From Saprospiraceae bacterium (GTDB lineage Bacteria; Bacteroidota; Bacteroidia; Chitinophagales; Saprospiraceae): DNA of 64,000 nt. Both the position numbers and the translations under genes were made by a program. Below are positions 7,752-18,000 of the stretch, piece by piece (the stretch's first letter is position 1; every line of letters starts with the position of its first letter). The DNA lies in contig JAHDIE010000012.1 of NCBI GenBank assembly GCA_020630955.1, positions 5,142 through 69,141 of the forward strand, in the 5' to 3' direction. The notes beneath the pieces were generated by a model. That model saw nothing but the letters and a program-made list of their open reading frames with translations. It ran no database searches and was not told the origin of the DNA.

Positions 7752-10466
7752 ATGCCCATGCCAATTAGTTGCTTAAATTTTTATACCAATAAACTTATCT
7801 TTTCATTCACCTTTCTTATTGCTTTTTCAGGCATTACACATATGAATTCACAAGAAAATTTACCACCCTTAATAGACCGAGAAATACTATTTGGAAACCC
7901 AGAAATTTCTTCTGCAAAATTAAGCCCAACTGGAAAATTTATTTCCTTTATCAAACCTTACAAAGGTGTCAGAAATATTTGGGTCAAAGGAAGATATGAT
8001 AGTTTTGATGCGGCCATTCCTATCACTGCAGATAAAGATCGACCCATCAGAGGTTATTTTTGGAGCAGAGATGAAAAATATGTTCTTTTTGTTCAAGACA
8101 AAGGAGGAAATGAAGATTTTCAAGTATATGCCGTTGATCCTGATGGTGAAATAAACGAAAGAACTGGTGTCCCTCAGGCAAGAAATATCACTGACCTATC
8201 GGGAGTACGTGCAATCATCATGTCAGTCCCAAAATCCAATAGTGAAATCATGTATGTCGGATTAAACGATAGAGATCCTGCTTGGCATGACCTATATGAA
8301 ATTAATATATCTACAGGAAAGAGAAAATTAATCTATCTCAATGATCAAAAATTTACTGGTTTCTATTTTGACCTAAATGATGAATTGACACTCGCTAGTT
8401 CTTCTGACTCAGAGGGAGGAACAATAATCTATAAAAAAACCGATGATGGTTTTGTCAGATGTTACGAATGTTCTGTTGACGAAACTTGTTATCCAGTCAG
8501 GGCCAGCAAGGATAAAAATCAATTTTACTTTGTCAGCAATAAAGGTAATGTAGACTTAACAGGTCTGGGCATATTAAATCTAAAAACAAACAATTTTGAA
8601 CTGTTAGAATCTGATCCAAGCAATCAAGTAGATTTTGATTCAGCATTATTTTCAGAGAAAACCAATGAACTTATATCAACACAGTACACAGGCGACAAAG
8701 TAAGAATCTATTGGAAAGACAAAGTATTCCAAACCGACTATAATTTTTTTAAGAGACAATTCCCTGATGCTGAATGTACCATCACATCCATGACTGACAA
8801 TGAAGCGATGTGGATAGTCTATGTTAATTCCGATACAGATCCTGGTGCAGCATACCTATATAGAAGAGAAGATAAAAACATTGAATTTCTATATCGGCCG
8901 CGACCTAATCTACCAACAGAACATCTTGCCAAGATGATTCCAGTTAAATACAAATCTTCAGATGGTCTTGAAATTTCTGCTTATCTCACACTACCAAAGG
9001 GAGTAGTTCCAGAATATCTTCCTGCGATCATCAATCCGCATGGAGGACCATGGGCAAGAGATAATTGGGGATATAATTCGTTTGCACAATTTTTAGCCAA
9101 TAGAGGATATGCAGTATTACAACCAAACTTCAGAGGATCAACTGGTTTTGGAAAGGCTTTTTTAAATGCAGGAAATAATGAGTGGGGACAACTTATGCAA
9201 GATGATTTGACAGCAGGTGTAGAATTCTTAATAAAAGAAGGTTATGCTAATCCCAATCGAATAGGAATTATGGGTGGCTCCTATGGAGGTTATGCAACTC
9301 TTGCTGGTTTGACATTCACACCAGATATTTATGCTGCAGGTGTTTCAATTGTTGGACCTTCAAATTTATTTACTTTGCTAGAAACCATCCCTGCATATTG
9401 GGAGTCTTTTAGAAAAGTGTTCCACAAGAGAATGGGCGATCCTTCTACAGAAGAAGGAAAAGAACAAATGAAAAGACAATCCCCTTTCTTTCATGCCAAC
9501 AATATCAAAGTTCCGTTATTGGTCGCACAAGGCAATAATGATCCTAGAGTTAAAACAGCCGAATCTGATCAAATCGTTGTAGCCATGAGAGAACTCGGGC
9601 TCCCTGTCGAGTATATGAATTTCATGGATGAAGGACATGGTTTTGCCAACCCTGACAATAATATTGCCTTCCTTTCAGTGGCAGAAAAATTCCTAGCTGC
9701 CCATCTTGGGGGGAGGTATCAGGAAGAGACTACTGCAGAGATCGCTCGCATAGTCAAGGAAAATACAGTCGACATCAACACGGTAACCTTGCCCATAAAA
9801 ATGACCGAAGAGATGAAGAATTCATCTCTACCACGAATTGTAAAACAACCAGAAATTGGAATTATCAAATACCAAAAAGTTATCGAATTAGGTCCTAAGA
9901 AAATACTGATCGAGCTTGATAGAGAAGTGAAAATTGAAGAAGAACAAATAATCATTAGCCATTTATCAAAATTTCATAATGGTGACGGTTCGGAAATAAG
10001 TTACTTGGATAAAAACAACATGGAAATTGTCAAAAAAATCCAAAAACAAGGACCTATGCATCTAGAGTTGGAAATAAAAGATAACTTGCTAGTAGGTCAT
10101 ATGAGCATGCAAGGAAACAAAACACCTTTCGATAAAAAACTTGATCAAAACACATTTGATAGTGGAGATGCCTTGTTTACAACACTAAGCTGTCTAGAAA
10201 TCAAAGAATCCTACTCATCCATTATAAGAAGCTTAGATGCCACAAATCAACGAATAAATAACTACCAATTTGAAGTAATTAGCACTGAAAAAATCACAAG
10301 TGGAGACAAAATATATCAGTGCTATAAAGCGGAATTAAAGTCTTTGGATGGTGATGGAAATGACTACATTTTATGGTTCGAAAAAGATGGTTATAACACC
10401 CTTGTGAAAGCAACTGGAAAATTAAAAGAGATGAACGGCGCAAGTATAACCGTCACAAGACATTAA
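7752..10466 (+). CDS. S9 family serine peptidase (prolyl oligopeptidase/acylaminoacyl-peptidase type) with ~240-aa C-terminal extension
   Basis: Signal-like N-terminus, beta-propeller-length N-domain, and an alpha/beta hydrolase part with 'GGSYGGYA' nucleophile elbow, 'QGNNDPRV' and 'DEGHGF'. The ORF continues for ~240 aa past the catalytic His. Confidence 0.9.
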   Translation: MPMPISCLNFYTNKLIFSFTFLIAFSGITHMNSQENLPPLIDREILFGNPEISSAKLSPTGKFISFIKPYKGVRNIWVKGRYDSFDAAIPITADKDRPIRGYFWSRDEKYVLFVQDKGGNEDFQVYAVDPDGEINERTGVPQARNITDLSGVRAIIMSVPKSNSEIMYVGLNDRDPAWHDLYEINISTGKRKLIYLNDQKFTGFYFDLNDELTLASSSDSEGGTIIYKKTDDGFVRCYECSVDETCYPVRASKDKNQFYFVSNKGNVDLTGLGILNLKTNNFELLESDPSNQVDFDSALFSEKTNELISTQYTGDKVRIYWKDKVFQTDYNFFKRQFPDAECTITSMTDNEAMWIVYVNSDTDPGAAYLYRREDKNIEFLYRPRPNLPTEHLAKMIPVKYKSSDGLEISAYLTLPKGVVPEYLPAIINPHGGPWARDNWGYNSFAQFLANRGYAVLQPNFRGSTGFGKAFLNAGNNEWGQLMQDDLTAGVEFLIKEGYANPNRIGIMGGSYGGYATLAGLTFTPDIYAAGVSIVGPSNLFTLLETIPAYWESFRKVFHKRMGDPSTEEGKEQMKRQSPFFHANNIKVPLLVAQGNNDPRVKTAESDQIVVAMRELGLPVEYMNFMDEGHGFANPDNNIAFLSVAEKFLAAHLGGRYQEETTAEIARIVKENTVDINTVTLPIKMTEEMKNSSLPRIVKQPEIGIIKYQKVIELGPKKILIELDREVKIEEEQIIISHLSKFHNGDGSEISYLDKNNMEIVKKIQKQGPMHLELEIKDNLLVGHMSMQGNKTPFDKKLDQNTFDSGDALFTTLSCLEIKESYSSIIRSLDATNQRINNYQFEVISTEKITSGDKIYQCYKAELKSLDGDGNDYILWFEKDGYNTLVKATGKLKEMNGASITVTRH

Positions 10467-10681
10467 ATTTCCAAGGAATAATTAACAAATGTAAAATACT
10501 TTACATTACAATTCTTAAAGCATTATAAAGTCAATAGAATAGACACTCTACAATACTTGTGAAACTTTAAAATGAGCATTATCGAAAACAATTTTTGGTA
10601 TTTAACGAAAGTCAACGTAGGGGTATAGGGGAAGAACATTTTCTAGTTGTCTTATAAGAGACTATAAAAACGAGAATTACA

Positions 10682-13600
10682 ATGTTACCATCCCTGACTG
10701 TTTTACAAGTGGTACTATTGTCATTATTTACACTCATGACTCCAATCTTTGGAGCAGTAGATTATGACAATACTAACCATACCGATTTAAGAGACAATAA
10801 TTTCAATAATGATATTATTATAGATGATCCACAAATTACTGGAGCATACTGCGATCTCAACAATGGAACGATTACTTTAAATATCGTATCATCTACCACA
10901 AATTTAGTTTATTCAATAGATGGAGGTGCCACTTGGCAGGACACGCCATTTTTTGATAATTTGGGAGTAGATGATTATTTGATAATCATTAGAGATACCG
11001 TTACAAACTGTATACTCACAACAACCACACAGATACCAGATGCACCTGATCTTGATATCATCGATTTCAGTTTTAATTGTCAAGAAGGCGAAAACTCTGC
11101 GGACTTTATTATGACTGTAGATGGTGGTACGGCCGAGTACACCTTGTCCTATCAAATACCTGGTGGAGGTACCTATAGCACAAGTTCATTCAATGAAATG
11201 ATACCATTTCAGATAGATGATATTGTTGAAGGGAATTATACCATCTTTGTTGAAGATCGACTAGGTTGTGTCAAAGACACCACCTTCTTTGTTCAGGAGT
11301 GTTGCACATTTGATTTTGTCTGCAACAACCCACCTATGATAATTGAATGCTTGGGAGATTATCCTGCTATCGATTCAATCTATACAGATGGCATTACAAC
11401 AGGATACTCTGATCTTGACTCGTTGGTTGCTCAAAATATTATTGACATTAGTGCCAATTGTTTTGAGGCTGTAGTTTCAGCATCTGATACGCCATTAAAT
11501 ACACCAACCGATTGTATCTCAGACACATTAAAAATAAACAGGACTTATTTGATTGATCAAAATGGTACTGAATACGTATGTGTTCAGCCTATCTACGTGC
11601 TCAATCACCAAGAACCTTCAATCATTAATCCAGCTTCAAATTTAAACTTAGAATGTGATCCATTCAATAATCAAACTAATTTTGATGCTTGGATTAGCAA
11701 TCGTGGTGGTACTGAATTAAGTACTTGTAACTCAGATATCATTTGGGAAACCATTCCAGAGAATCCAGCGTTACCACAGAATTGTGGTGAGTCTTTGACC
11801 ATCCAATTTCATTTTGTTGATGGATGTGGATTTAGAGACACAACCGAAGCAATTGTTACCTTAGAAGACACAACTGCTCCTTCCATCATATGTCCAGATG
11901 ACCTTATCATGGATTGTGGTTTTGATGATCTAATATTGGCAGATTGGTTGACCAATGGTACATCGGCATCAGATTTTTGCTCTGAAGCAATCGTAACCCA
12001 TGATTATAATGGTTTTGCGCCATCTTGTGGAATGTCAGGAGAACAGTTGGTAACATTTACAGCTACCGATGAATGCGGATTAACTTCATCTTGTCAAGCC
12101 AGGATAGTTGTTGTTGACCCAAATGCCTTTCAAGTTTTGTGTCCATCTGATTTAGAAGTTGATCTTGATGATCCAAATCTCGAAACGACAGTTAACACAT
12201 GGTTAGATTTGGCAACAACCGATGATCCATGTTACGACGTTGATTATGTTGTCACGAATGATTTTGATCCAGCACAATTGGAAGTTGAGTGTGATTACTT
12301 GTCCATCTTGGTAACTTTCACTTCCGTAAATAATTGTGGCGTGGAAAAATCATGTAGTGCTCAGATAGTAGCATCGCAATCAATAGGTGGAACCATTAAT
12401 TGCCCGGACCCAATTTATTTACAATGCGGAGATCCAAATAATGAGGATTTAGTAAATGCATGGATTGGAACCGCATCTGCTCAAGATCATGATGGAAACA
12501 ATATACCTTTAGATAACAATTTCAATTTTGTAGAAACTGTTTGTGGAACAACAGACATTACCTTTTCAGGAATGGACAATTGTGGACAAAGTGTTAATTG
12601 TGCATCACAAATAATAATTGAAGATTTATCAAAACCAACAATAAATTGTCCTCAAGATTTAAATCTTTCTTGTGGAGAAGATCAAGCTGCGATCAATGCT
12701 TGGTTGAGCTCAGTCACAGCAGAAGATGAATGCGGTGTAGCTTTTATAAGCAACAATTTTGAAGATGTAGATTTTACATTTACCTGCGGAGATTCTGGTC
12801 ATTTTGAAGTGAGCTTTGAAGCGACAGATATTTGTGGAAACATCGAAACTTGTATAGCGAGAATCAATATTTTTGATGACTCTAGTATAGATATCATGTG
12901 CCCACCAAACTTACTCTTAGATGATTCTGTAACAGATGTTGATGCTGAGATACAGGCATGGTTGGAAATGGCTCAGGTAATTGATCCATGTGATTTGGGT
13001 TTACAAATAACCAATGATTATGGAACTGAGACTATTAATTTTGATTGCGGATTTATTTCTGGCGAAGTAACTTTTGAGATAGAATCATCTTGCGGTGCGG
13101 TGGCCACTTGTACTGCAACGGTATCAGGAAATGTTGATGTAACACCGAGTATTGTCTGTCCAGAAGATATCACATTAAATTGTGGTGATCCAACCAATAC
13201 AGGAACAATAACAGACTGGATAGAATCTGTGACAGCTGTTGATTTTGCAGGTAATGATCTGATAGTAAATAATGACTTACCTGAGGACTTAGGATCAATA
13301 TGTGGAGTTGTTGAGGTAGTTTTTGAATCAGAAGACCTATGTGACAATGTTCTTACCTGCGTTCACACCATTACCATTGAAGATAATATTACTCCAGAGA
13401 TCGTTTGTCAATTAGAAAGAACTGTTGATCTTTCATTAGGTTCTGCGGAATCTCAAGTTGAAAACATCATAGCAAATACTTCATTGCTGGACAATTGTTC
13501 TTCTGAAGTCTCTTTAACTTATGAAATGGAAAAGAGCATTGATGAAATTGGATGCGGTGATGTTGAGATGTTAACTTTAATTGCAACGGATGATTGCGGT

Positions 13601-14194
13601 AACGAAACCGTATGTGAAACTGAGATTACATTTATTGATTATAATGAGATCTATATTGACTGTCCAGATCCGCTATCAGTATCTTGTTTGGAAGAAAACT
13701 TAGAGGCCTTTATTGAAGATTATCTTTTATCAGTTAATGTTCAAACCTCTAGATTACCAGCAGAGCTAACGCATGATTATGACCCAAGTATAGTAAATGC
13801 AGATTGTAATGATTTTATATCCTTTGATGTAGAATTTGTGGCAATAGACGATTGTGGAAATTCGCAAACCTGCATTGTGCCTATAGAGATTCTTCCAGAA
13901 ATGAAAACATACGTACCTAACATTTTCACTCCTGATGGAGACGGTATCAATGACATGGTTACTGTGTATGCCAACAAGAATGTTGTTATTGTAAAAGAAT
14001 GGTTTATTTATGATAGATGGGGAGAAGTAGTCTTTAGAGCAAATGACATTAGACCAAATTCAGAAGATCTTGGTTGGGATGGAATGTTCAAAGGAAGAGT
14101 CGCTGATCTAAATGTATATACATATATCTTGACCGTTGTAGATGACTTTGGAAGAGAAGAGACAAGCACAGGTTCTATTACATTAATGAACTAA
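10682..14194 (+). CDS. giant Cys-rich repeat surface protein (SprB-like + HYR-like repeats) with T9SS type B (gliding-motility-associated) C-terminal domain
   Basis: Signal peptide. Two 'C..NG.I.L......Y SIDGG.T.Q' SprB-like units and about ten ~85-aa 'CP.DL...C...AWL....D.C.....CG....VTF.A.D.CGN...C.A.I.V.D' units. C-terminus 'VPNIFTPDGDGINDMV...YDRWGEVVF...GWDG...G......VYTY' is typical of the type B sorting domain. Confidence 0.85.
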   Translation: MLPSLTVLQVVLLSLFTLMTPIFGAVDYDNTNHTDLRDNNFNNDIIIDDPQITGAYCDLNNGTITLNIVSSTTNLVYSIDGGATWQDTPFFDNLGVDDYLIIIRDTVTNCILTTTTQIPDAPDLDIIDFSFNCQEGENSADFIMTVDGGTAEYTLSYQIPGGGTYSTSSFNEMIPFQIDDIVEGNYTIFVEDRLGCVKDTTFFVQECCTFDFVCNNPPMIIECLGDYPAIDSIYTDGITTGYSDLDSLVAQNIIDISANCFEAVVSASDTPLNTPTDCISDTLKINRTYLIDQNGTEYVCVQPIYVLNHQEPSIINPASNLNLECDPFNNQTNFDAWISNRGGTELSTCNSDIIWETIPENPALPQNCGESLTIQFHFVDGCGFRDTTEAIVTLEDTTAPSIICPDDLIMDCGFDDLILADWLTNGTSASDFCSEAIVTHDYNGFAPSCGMSGEQLVTFTATDECGLTSSCQARIVVVDPNAFQVLCPSDLEVDLDDPNLETTVNTWLDLATTDDPCYDVDYVVTNDFDPAQLEVECDYLSILVTFTSVNNCGVEKSCSAQIVASQSIGGTINCPDPIYLQCGDPNNEDLVNAWIGTASAQDHDGNNIPLDNNFNFVETVCGTTDITFSGMDNCGQSVNCASQIIIEDLSKPTINCPQDLNLSCGEDQAAINAWLSSVTAEDECGVAFISNNFEDVDFTFTCGDSGHFEVSFEATDICGNIETCIARINIFDDSSIDIMCPPNLLLDDSVTDVDAEIQAWLEMAQVIDPCDLGLQITNDYGTETINFDCGFISGEVTFEIESSCGAVATCTATVSGNVDVTPSIVCPEDITLNCGDPTNTGTITDWIESVTAVDFAGNDLIVNNDLPEDLGSICGVVEVVFESEDLCDNVLTCVHTITIEDNITPEIVCQLERTVDLSLGSAESQVENIIANTSLLDNCSSEVSLTYEMEKSIDEIGCGDVEMLTLIATDDCGNETVCETEITFIDYNEIYIDCPDPLSVSCLEENLEAFIEDYLLSVNVQTSRLPAELTHDYDPSIVNADCNDFISFDVEFVAIDDCGNSQTCIVPIEILPEMKTYVPNIFTPDGDGINDMVTVYANKNVVIVKEWFIYDRWGEVVFRANDIRPNSEDLGWDGMFKGRVADLNVYTYILTVVDDFGREETSTGSITLMN
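11321..13906 (+). repeat. about ten tandem ~85-aa (~255-nt) Cys-rich HYR-like protein repeats inside the 10682..14194 CDS
   Basis: Repeat anchors (CP[DPEQ]..) at about aa 214, 312, 404, 487, 574, 656, 740, 826, 909 and 994. Conserved at protein level and diverged at DNA level. Confidence 0.75.
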
Positions 14195-14253
14195 TCACCT
14201 TGATGCATTCCCAAATTAAGTAGTGGAACTTAAGGCGTAATGTAATTTATCCT

Positions 14254-14261
14254 TAAATTTG
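14254..14261 (+). promoter_or_regulatory. candidate Bacteroidetes -7 box (TAAATTTG) for aspS
   Basis: Matches TAnnTTTG, 23 nt upstream of the aspS ATG. No clear TTTG -33 element seen. Confidence 0.3.
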
Positions 14262-14283
14262 CCGCTCTTAAATAAATTAAAAA

Positions 14284-16053
14284 ATGTACAGAAGTCATAA
14301 TTGTGGTGAATTACGAATTGATCACATTAATCAAGGTGTTACCTTAAGTGGTTGGGTCCAAATAAGTAGAGATCTAGGAGGCATGACCTTCGTTGACCTA
14401 AGGGATCGTTATGGAATTACCCAATTGGTATTCAATATGGAAGACAATTCAGACCTTTGCACCAAAGCAAGAAGTCTGGGGAGGGAATATGTTATAACGA
14501 TTACCGGGGTTGTGAATGAACGATCAAGTAAAAACCCTAACAGACCCACAGGTGATATAGAAGTTAAAGTTGAAAAATTAGAGATTCTTAATGAATCAAA
14601 AACACCTCCATTTACGATTGAAGACGAATCTGATGGAGGTGACGATATCAGAATGAAATACAGATATCTAGATATCAGGAGAAAACCTGTGCAAGAAAAT
14701 TTGATTTTTAGAGGTAAACTTGCTGTGGAGACAAGAAAATATCTTTCTGGACAAGATTTTATTGAAGTAGAAACTCCTGTTTTGATAAAAAGTACTCCCG
14801 AAGGTGCAAGAGATTTTGTTGTACCAAGTAGAATGAATCCAGGACAATTTTATGCATTACCACAATCACCTCAAACATTTAAACAAATTTTAATGGTCGC
14901 AGGTTTGGACAAATATTTCCAAATCGTCAAGTGCTTTAGGGATGAAGATTTACGTGCCGATAGGCAACCAGAATTTACTCAGATAGATTGTGAAATGTCA
15001 TTCGTATCTCGAGATCAAATTCTTGAAACTTTTGAAGGTCTTACAAAATATCTATTCAAAGAAATGAAAGGAATTGATCTCCCAAAGTTTCCGTGGATGA
15101 GTTATGATGAAGCAATCAAAAGATATGGAAGTGACAAACCTGACCTAAGATTTGGAATGGAGCTTATTGAATTGATAGATGAAGCTAAAGGACACGATTT
15201 TGCAGTGTTTGATAGTGCAGAATACATCGGAGCTATCACCACAAAAGGAATAGCAGAAAATTATTCTAATAAAGATTTAAAAAAATTGACAGAATGGGTC
15301 ATGAGACCTCAAATTGGAGCAAAGGGACTAGTCTACATTAAATATTATGAAGATGGCACGACCAAGTCAAGCATAGGAAAGTTTTATAGTGATGAGGTTT
15401 TAAATACTTGGAAACAAAAACTAGGGGCAGAGGCTGGCGATCTTGTCTTTATATTGAGTGGGGAAACAGATAAAACACGAAAGCAATTAAATGAATTGCG
15501 ACTTGAAATGGGTAGAAGATTAGGACTGATGGAGGGTAAGGAATTTAAACCATTATGGGTGATTGATTTTCCATTATTAGAGTGGGACGAAGAATCAGAA
15601 AGATTCCATGCAATGCACCATCCTTTCACCGCTCCGAAAAAAGAAGATGTTGACAAAATGCTAAATGGCGATCACGAAACAATGAAAGCATTGAGAGCTG
15701 ATGCCTATGATCTTGTGATCAATGGAGTTGAAATCGGAGGAGGATCGATTAGAATCCATAACAGAGAACTACAGCAGAAAAATTTTGACCTACTAGGTTT
15801 TACCAAAGAAGAAGCAGAAGATCAGTTTGGCTTTTTAATGGGTGCCTTTGAATATGGTGCACCACCACATGGTGGTATTGCCTTTGGTTTTGATAGACTT
15901 TGTGCTGTCATGAATGGTCAAGATTCTATTCGTGATTTTATCGCTTTCCCTAAAAACAATTCGGGAAGAGATATGATGATTGATGCTCCATCTTTAATTG
16001 ATAAAACTCAATTAAATGAATTAAATATTGATTTAACTGTAAAAGCGGAATAA
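14284..16053 (+). CDS. aspS: aspartate--tRNA ligase
   Basis: 589 aa. N-terminal OB-fold region '[22 protein letters not shown]'. Class II motifs '[18 protein letters not shown]', 'GGGSIRIH' and 'FGFDRL'. Confidence 0.97.
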   Translation: MYRSHNCGELRIDHINQGVTLSGWVQISRDLGGMTFVDLRDRYGITQLVFNMEDNSDLCTKARSLGREYVITITGVVNERSSKNPNRPTGDIEVKVEKLEILNESKTPPFTIEDESDGGDDIRMKYRYLDIRRKPVQENLIFRGKLAVETRKYLSGQDFIEVETPVLIKSTPEGARDFVVPSRMNPGQFYALPQSPQTFKQILMVAGLDKYFQIVKCFRDEDLRADRQPEFTQIDCEMSFVSRDQILETFEGLTKYLFKEMKGIDLPKFPWMSYDEAIKRYGSDKPDLRFGMELIELIDEAKGHDFAVFDSAEYIGAITTKGIAENYSNKDLKKLTEWVMRPQIGAKGLVYIKYYEDGTTKSSIGKFYSDEVLNTWKQKLGAEAGDLVFILSGETDKTRKQLNELRLEMGRRLGLMEGKEFKPLWVIDFPLLEWDEESERFHAMHHPFTAPKKEDVDKMLNGDHETMKALRADAYDLVINGVEIGGGSIRIHNRELQQKNFDLLGFTKEEAEDQFGFLMGAFEYGAPPHGGIAFGFDRLCAVMNGQDSIRDFIAFPKNNSGRDMMIDAPSLIDKTQLNELNIDLTVKAE

Positions 16054-16059
16054 TAAAGC

Positions 16060-16734
16060 ATGACATTCAAAACAAATCCTAATTTAGAGGTGTTGACAAT
16101 GTCAAAGAGCAAAAAAATTAAGAAAATGGATACAGTTACAAAAAGTCCGGTAATGATATATACAGAGCAGACCCCTAATCCTGAGTCGCTCAAATTTGTT
16201 ACCAACAAAATGCTTTATAGAGGAACCGCCGATTTTAGAAAAGAAGAATTGGCCGAAGAATGGTCACCTTTAGCATCAGAGTTATTTCAGTTACCCTATG
16301 TTAAAGGGGTTTACATCTGTAATAACTTCGTAACCTTGACAAAGGAAATGAACTATCAGTGGGAAGATGTGATGCTGAAAGGAAAAGAATTCATTAAGAA
16401 ATATGTTGAAGATGGGAAAACCATCATCAATGAAGGCTTTGAGGAAGCTCAAGCCAAACTAGAAGCTGAATCATCCAATTATGAATATACTGGAGATGAA
16501 GCAGAACTAGTTGCAAAGATTAAAGAATTGATAAATACCTATGTAAAGCCAGCAGTAGAAATGGATGGTGGCAATATCGAATTTAAGTCATTTAAAGAAG
16601 GTGTCGTTAGCGTTGTCCTCCAAGGATCATGTAGCGGATGTCCTTCTTCTACAGTTACACTTAAATCTGGCATTGAAGGTATGTTAAAGAGAATGGTACC
16701 TGAAGTCAAAGAAGTTGTGGCTGAAATGGGCTAA
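16060..16734 (+). CDS. NifU/Nfu-type Fe-S cluster assembly protein
   Basis: Nfu_N-like 'YTEQTPNPESLKFV' and a C-terminal NifU domain 'DGGNIEFKSF...GSCSGCPSSTVTLK' (CxxC). The true start may be an internal Met (16099 or 16126). Confidence 0.85.
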   Translation: MTFKTNPNLEVLTMSKSKKIKKMDTVTKSPVMIYTEQTPNPESLKFVTNKMLYRGTADFRKEELAEEWSPLASELFQLPYVKGVYICNNFVTLTKEMNYQWEDVMLKGKEFIKKYVEDGKTIINEGFEEAQAKLEAESSNYEYTGDEAELVAKIKELINTYVKPAVEMDGGNIEFKSFKEGVVSVVLQGSCSGCPSSTVTLKSGIEGMLKRMVPEVKEVVAEMG

Positions 16735-16763
16735 AGACTAAACAGTTCAGGTTATGTAGTAGG

Positions 16764-16798
16764 CTCGGCATTTAATTATGTCGGGTCTCTATTTTTTT
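16764..16798 (+). terminator. possible terminator after the NifU-like gene
   Basis: CTCGGCAT / ATGTCGGG stem (two G-U pairs) followed, after 6 nt, by T7. Lies inside the 5' extension of ORF 16778, which argues for the 16826 start of crtY. Confidence 0.35.
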
Positions 16799-16825
16799 AA
16801 AGGATATCCTATACCTTTGAATTTC

Positions 16826-17983
16826 ATGAATAAGGAGTACGATTATTTGATTATCGGTGGTGGCTGCGCTGGTTTAAGTCTTGCATATAGAATGTCCATG
16901 GACCCATTCTTTGATTCCAAATTAATTCTTATCGTAGAGCCGCAAACAAAATCCCAAAATGATCGGACTTGGTCGTTTTGGTCAAAAGATCAACATTTCT
17001 ATAATAAATGGGCAATAAAATCATGGAAAGAATTAGCATTTAAAGGCAAAAAGAAAGCAACTACATTAAATATTGCTCCTTATAAATATTTCACCATCCG
17101 TGGTATTGATTTTTACAATAATACGCTTCCGCAAATATCTTCCTGCAAAAATATCGATCAGATTCATTCAAAAATAATTTCGATTTCCCAAAATGAAAAA
17201 GTAATTGTTGCTAAATTAGAAAACGGTCAAAGCATCAAAACTAAATTTTGTTTTGATAGCCGAATACCTGAATCCTACAATATCAAAAATTCTAATTTTG
17301 TTTGGCAACACTTTAAAGGTTGGATTGTAAAAGCAGAACAGGACTATTTTGATGATCAAAAGGCCCTCTTCATGGATTTTAGCATTGATCAACATGATGA
17401 CACAAGATTTTTCTATATTCTACCCTACTCTAAAAGAAAAGCCCTTATTCAATTGGCTATTTTTTCTAATAAAATTCTTAGTAGCAAATCTTATGATGGT
17501 TTAATAAATAATTACATTCACCAAAATCATCCAAATTTAAAATATAAAATATTAGAAGAAGAATATGATAAAATCCCAATGACAGATTATCATTTCTCTC
17601 CTACTGCTGGTAAAAATCATATGTTCATCGGTACTGCTGCCGGCATGGTGAAAGCTTCAAGTGGTTTTGCTTTTAAAAGAATTCAAGATCATTCTGACTT
17701 TATAATTGATTTATTAAAAGAGGGAAGAAATCCCATTGCAGCAACTAAGATTATTGCAAATAAAAAATATTTACATCTTGATGGAACTCTTTTACATGTT
17801 ATTCTAAGTAAATCAGAAACAGGACAAGAAATTTTTACTAAACTGATGGAAAGAAATAAAGCTAAAAATGTTTTTGATTTTTTAGATCAAAAATCATCAC
17901 TTGGTCAAGAAATTAGAATTATGTTATCCCTACCATTTTTCTCATTCTTGAAATCCTTTATCAGGGTTTGGATGAAAAAATAA
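16826..17983 (+). CDS. crtY: lycopene cyclase family protein
   Basis: ORF 16778..17983, with the Met at 16826 preferred (MNKEYDYLIIGGGCAGLSLAYRM dinucleotide-binding fold at the N-terminus). Length and context next to crtB/crtI fit. Confidence 0.8.
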   Translation: MNKEYDYLIIGGGCAGLSLAYRMSMDPFFDSKLILIVEPQTKSQNDRTWSFWSKDQHFYNKWAIKSWKELAFKGKKKATTLNIAPYKYFTIRGIDFYNNTLPQISSCKNIDQIHSKIISISQNEKVIVAKLENGQSIKTKFCFDSRIPESYNIKNSNFVWQHFKGWIVKAEQDYFDDQKALFMDFSIDQHDDTRFFYILPYSKRKALIQLAIFSNKILSSKSYDGLINNYIHQNHPNLKYKILEEEYDKIPMTDYHFSPTAGKNHMFIGTAAGMVKASSGFAFKRIQDHSDFIIDLLKEGRNPIAATKIIANKKYLHLDGTLLHVILSKSETGQEIFTKLMERNKAKNVFDFLDQKSSLGQEIRIMLSLPFFSFLKSFIRVWMKK

Positions 17984-18000
17984 GCATTACTTAAGCTCTT

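Noticed and set aside
10488-10508. AATGTAAA-atac-TTTACATT hairpin after the S9 peptidase gene as a terminator.
   Set aside because: It is an AT-only stem with no following U-run, which is too weak to call.
13018-13347. 109-aa minus-strand ORF inside the adhesin gene, plus the many other 60-124-aa antisense or out-of-frame ORFs in the track. Examples: 3775..4005, 7920..8123, 9719..9955, 15384..15656, 19785..20054, 24943..25227, 31732..32073, 42967..43341, 45722..45985 and 54530..54793.
   Set aside because: All are fully embedded in longer ORFs that have clear family motifs, signal peptides or domain architecture. None has features of its own.
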